The notes beneath the pieces are model-generated. The model was not told where the DNA came from and searched no databases. It saw only the letters and a list, made by a program, of their open reading frames with translations. Shown here in pieces: positions 62,666 to 64,000 of a stretch of 64,000 nucleotides of DNA; within the stretch, counting starts at the first letter, position 1, and every line of letters begins with the position of its first letter. This stretch comes from Candidatus Cloacimonadota bacterium (GTDB lineage: Bacteria > Cloacimonadota > Cloacimonadia > JGIOTU-2). Made by a program: the position numbers and the translations under genes. The DNA is taken from assembly GCA_030613025.1 (NCBI GenBank), contig JAUWMT010000007.1, forward strand, positions 4,882-68,881, given 5' to 3'.

Positions 62666-64000
62666 TTAAATATCCTCCTCTTCAGGTATCTGTAAATTCT
62701 CGGCTTCACAAATTTCTTCTAAACGAGATAACGACCATTCAGCTTGATAGTTAAAGAAATAACCATAAGGTTTTTTGAGCATTTCGATCAATTCGATAGT
62801 ATCGCTATCTGTATTTTTCGGATTGGACATTTTGATTTTTTCCAGATCTTTACCGGAGAGTTTCAGCGTGATAAAAGTCATTGCATTGCCCAATTTCAAG
62901 CTGATATGTCCTAAACCATCTTTGAGTATTTTTTTCCGAGCCCGGTTTACTTCTCGTTCACCAACTTTATTCAGAACATTCGTATATTTTTCGAAAAGTA
63001 CATATTCGTTCAACATAGCAGAAATCAAATCTTCAGAAAACGCTTTCCAAAAAGCAACAGGATGCTGCTGGCAAAGAAACCTTCCGAGCATAAACGATCC
63101 GGCTGTGTAACCCTGCAAATTCTTCTTTTTGCAAACTGGAATGATCTTTGTGAATAGCGCTATCTTTCTCTCCAGTGAAAGAAGCTGGTAGAGCTTATGC
63201 TGATCCTGATGACTTCCCAGTTCGCTCTGTAATAATTGGTCAATGTAAATACTGGTATTGGAATCAAACCAGGAGTTCATGAAATTTTTTGCTTTTTCTG
63301 GATCTTTCTGCAGGTTATTTCGCACTAATTTTATTAATTCATCCAATCTCACAATTCGATCGACCTGCATATTTTCGATGAGTAGATCATACACCTTGAA
63401 CGCCTTCGACATATTGACAAATACCCTTTTTTCCTTTGCCTTCATTTCCAGTTTTTCGCCGTTTAAATATCTCTGAAAGCGAGCCGGTTTATAGTCTGCA
63501 CAACCACAGAAAATTTTCTGTCTTTTGCTGGAGATCGTGACCCAGTCCCCTTCTGAGATCGACATTCCATTTTCATTGATAAGGTGATTTTCTTTTAGAG
63601 TAACTCCAAACTTTTCCAGATTGAGAAAAGCCGGAACACCATAACTGCGGCAGGCGGTAACGACATGTATTGCAGCGGGTGTCAAACTTAATATTGCATC
63701 GACCTCTGCCATTACCAAAGTGTCGGATGGAACGAAACTCTCTCTGCATATGCATACTTTTTCACCTCGTTTTTTGGCTTCTAGGGCTGTTGATGAAGAG
63801 AAATATGCTTTTGCCGAGACTGCGGTTCTTGGTAAAATTGATACACCATCACAGAAGAACCTTAACGTTTTGAGAGACTTCTCGTCAATTCTATCTGAAA
63901 ATATTTGCGTAAGATGGTATGGTTTGATCAATTCTATAACTCGTTTAGCATCGATGACCCCATGTTTGTAGAGATCTATTGCAGAAAGAAGAGTGGATCT
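62666..64000 (-). CDS. PPDK/PEP-utilising-enzyme-like protein with degenerate phospho-His motif (5' partial; continues beyond the window)
   Basis: The in-frame region upstream of the listed Met reads …LSAIDLYKHGVIDAKRVIELIKPYHL, like the PPDK ATP-grasp/linker. The mobile-domain-like segment LTPAAIHVVTACRSYGVPA replaces the canonical TSHAAVVAR…GIPAVVG. There is no C-terminal PEP/pyruvate TIM barrel. Confidence 0.45.
   Translation of the reverse strand, partial: RSTLLSAIDLYKHGVIDAKRVIELIKPYHLTQIFSDRIDEKSLKTLRFFCDGVSILPRTAVSAKAYFSSSTALEAKKRGEKVCICRESFVPSDTLVMAEVDAILSLTPAAIHVVTACRSYGVPAFLNLEKFGVTLKENHLINENGMSISEGDWVTISSKRQKIFCGCADYKPARFQRYLNGEKLEMKAKEKRVFVNMSKAFKVYDLLIENMQVDRIVRLDELIKLVRNNLQKDPEKAKNFMNSWFDSNTSIYIDQLLQSELGSHQDQHKLYQLLSLERKIALFTKIIPVCKKKNLQGYTAGSFMLGRFLCQQHPVAFWKAFSEDLISAMLNEYVLFEKYTNVLNKVGEREVNRARKKILKDGLGHISLKLGNAMTFITLKLSGKDLEKIKMSNPKNTDSDTIELIEMLKKPYGYFFNYQAEWSLSRLEEICEAENLQIPEEEDI

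Overview
This is a bacterial chromosomal window of about 38% GC with almost fully minus-strand coding. A T9SS-sorted SBBP protein is present, which suggests an FCB-group/Cloacimonadota-like uncultivated anaerobe. The housekeeping backbone I can support is ruvB, uvrB, tRNA-Met(CAT), metG, gpmA, miaB, a class-I aldolase, rqcH, and a Pat-like acetyltransferase next to an HDAC-family deacetylase. It also holds an aconitase, aclB, aclA and monomeric-IDH operon that looks like a reductive-TCA module. Between these genes sit many small accessory or defense-like cassettes. These are an AlbA_2/HATPase_c_4 protein, two nucleotidyltransferase/HEPN pairs, a DinD/Bro-N-like pair, a PIN-like protein, and a cluster encoding an 806-aa Rad50/RloC-like ABC ATPase with a CxxC hook, a GIY-YIG nuclease, a 64-aa protein and a KTSC protein. 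The most striking structural signal is a recurring pattern in which a cargo segment sits immediately upstream of a housekeeping gene and is flanked by a direct duplication of that gene's 5' end. This occurs at miaB (57 bp), gpmA (37 bp) and an MBL-fold gene (202 bp including its promoter), and a fourth cassette (HEPN/MNT) is bracketed by about 100-bp repeats. None of these inserts carries a recognisable recombinase or transposase. There are also several dispersed palindromic repeat families (REP-like and MITE-like), partner-switching modules (STAS, HATPase kinase, PP2C with 5TMR-LYT or Cache-HAMP sensors) with one frameshifted paralog, and a PPDK-like gene with a degenerate phospho-His motif that runs off the window end. 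I found no CRISPR array and no rRNA.
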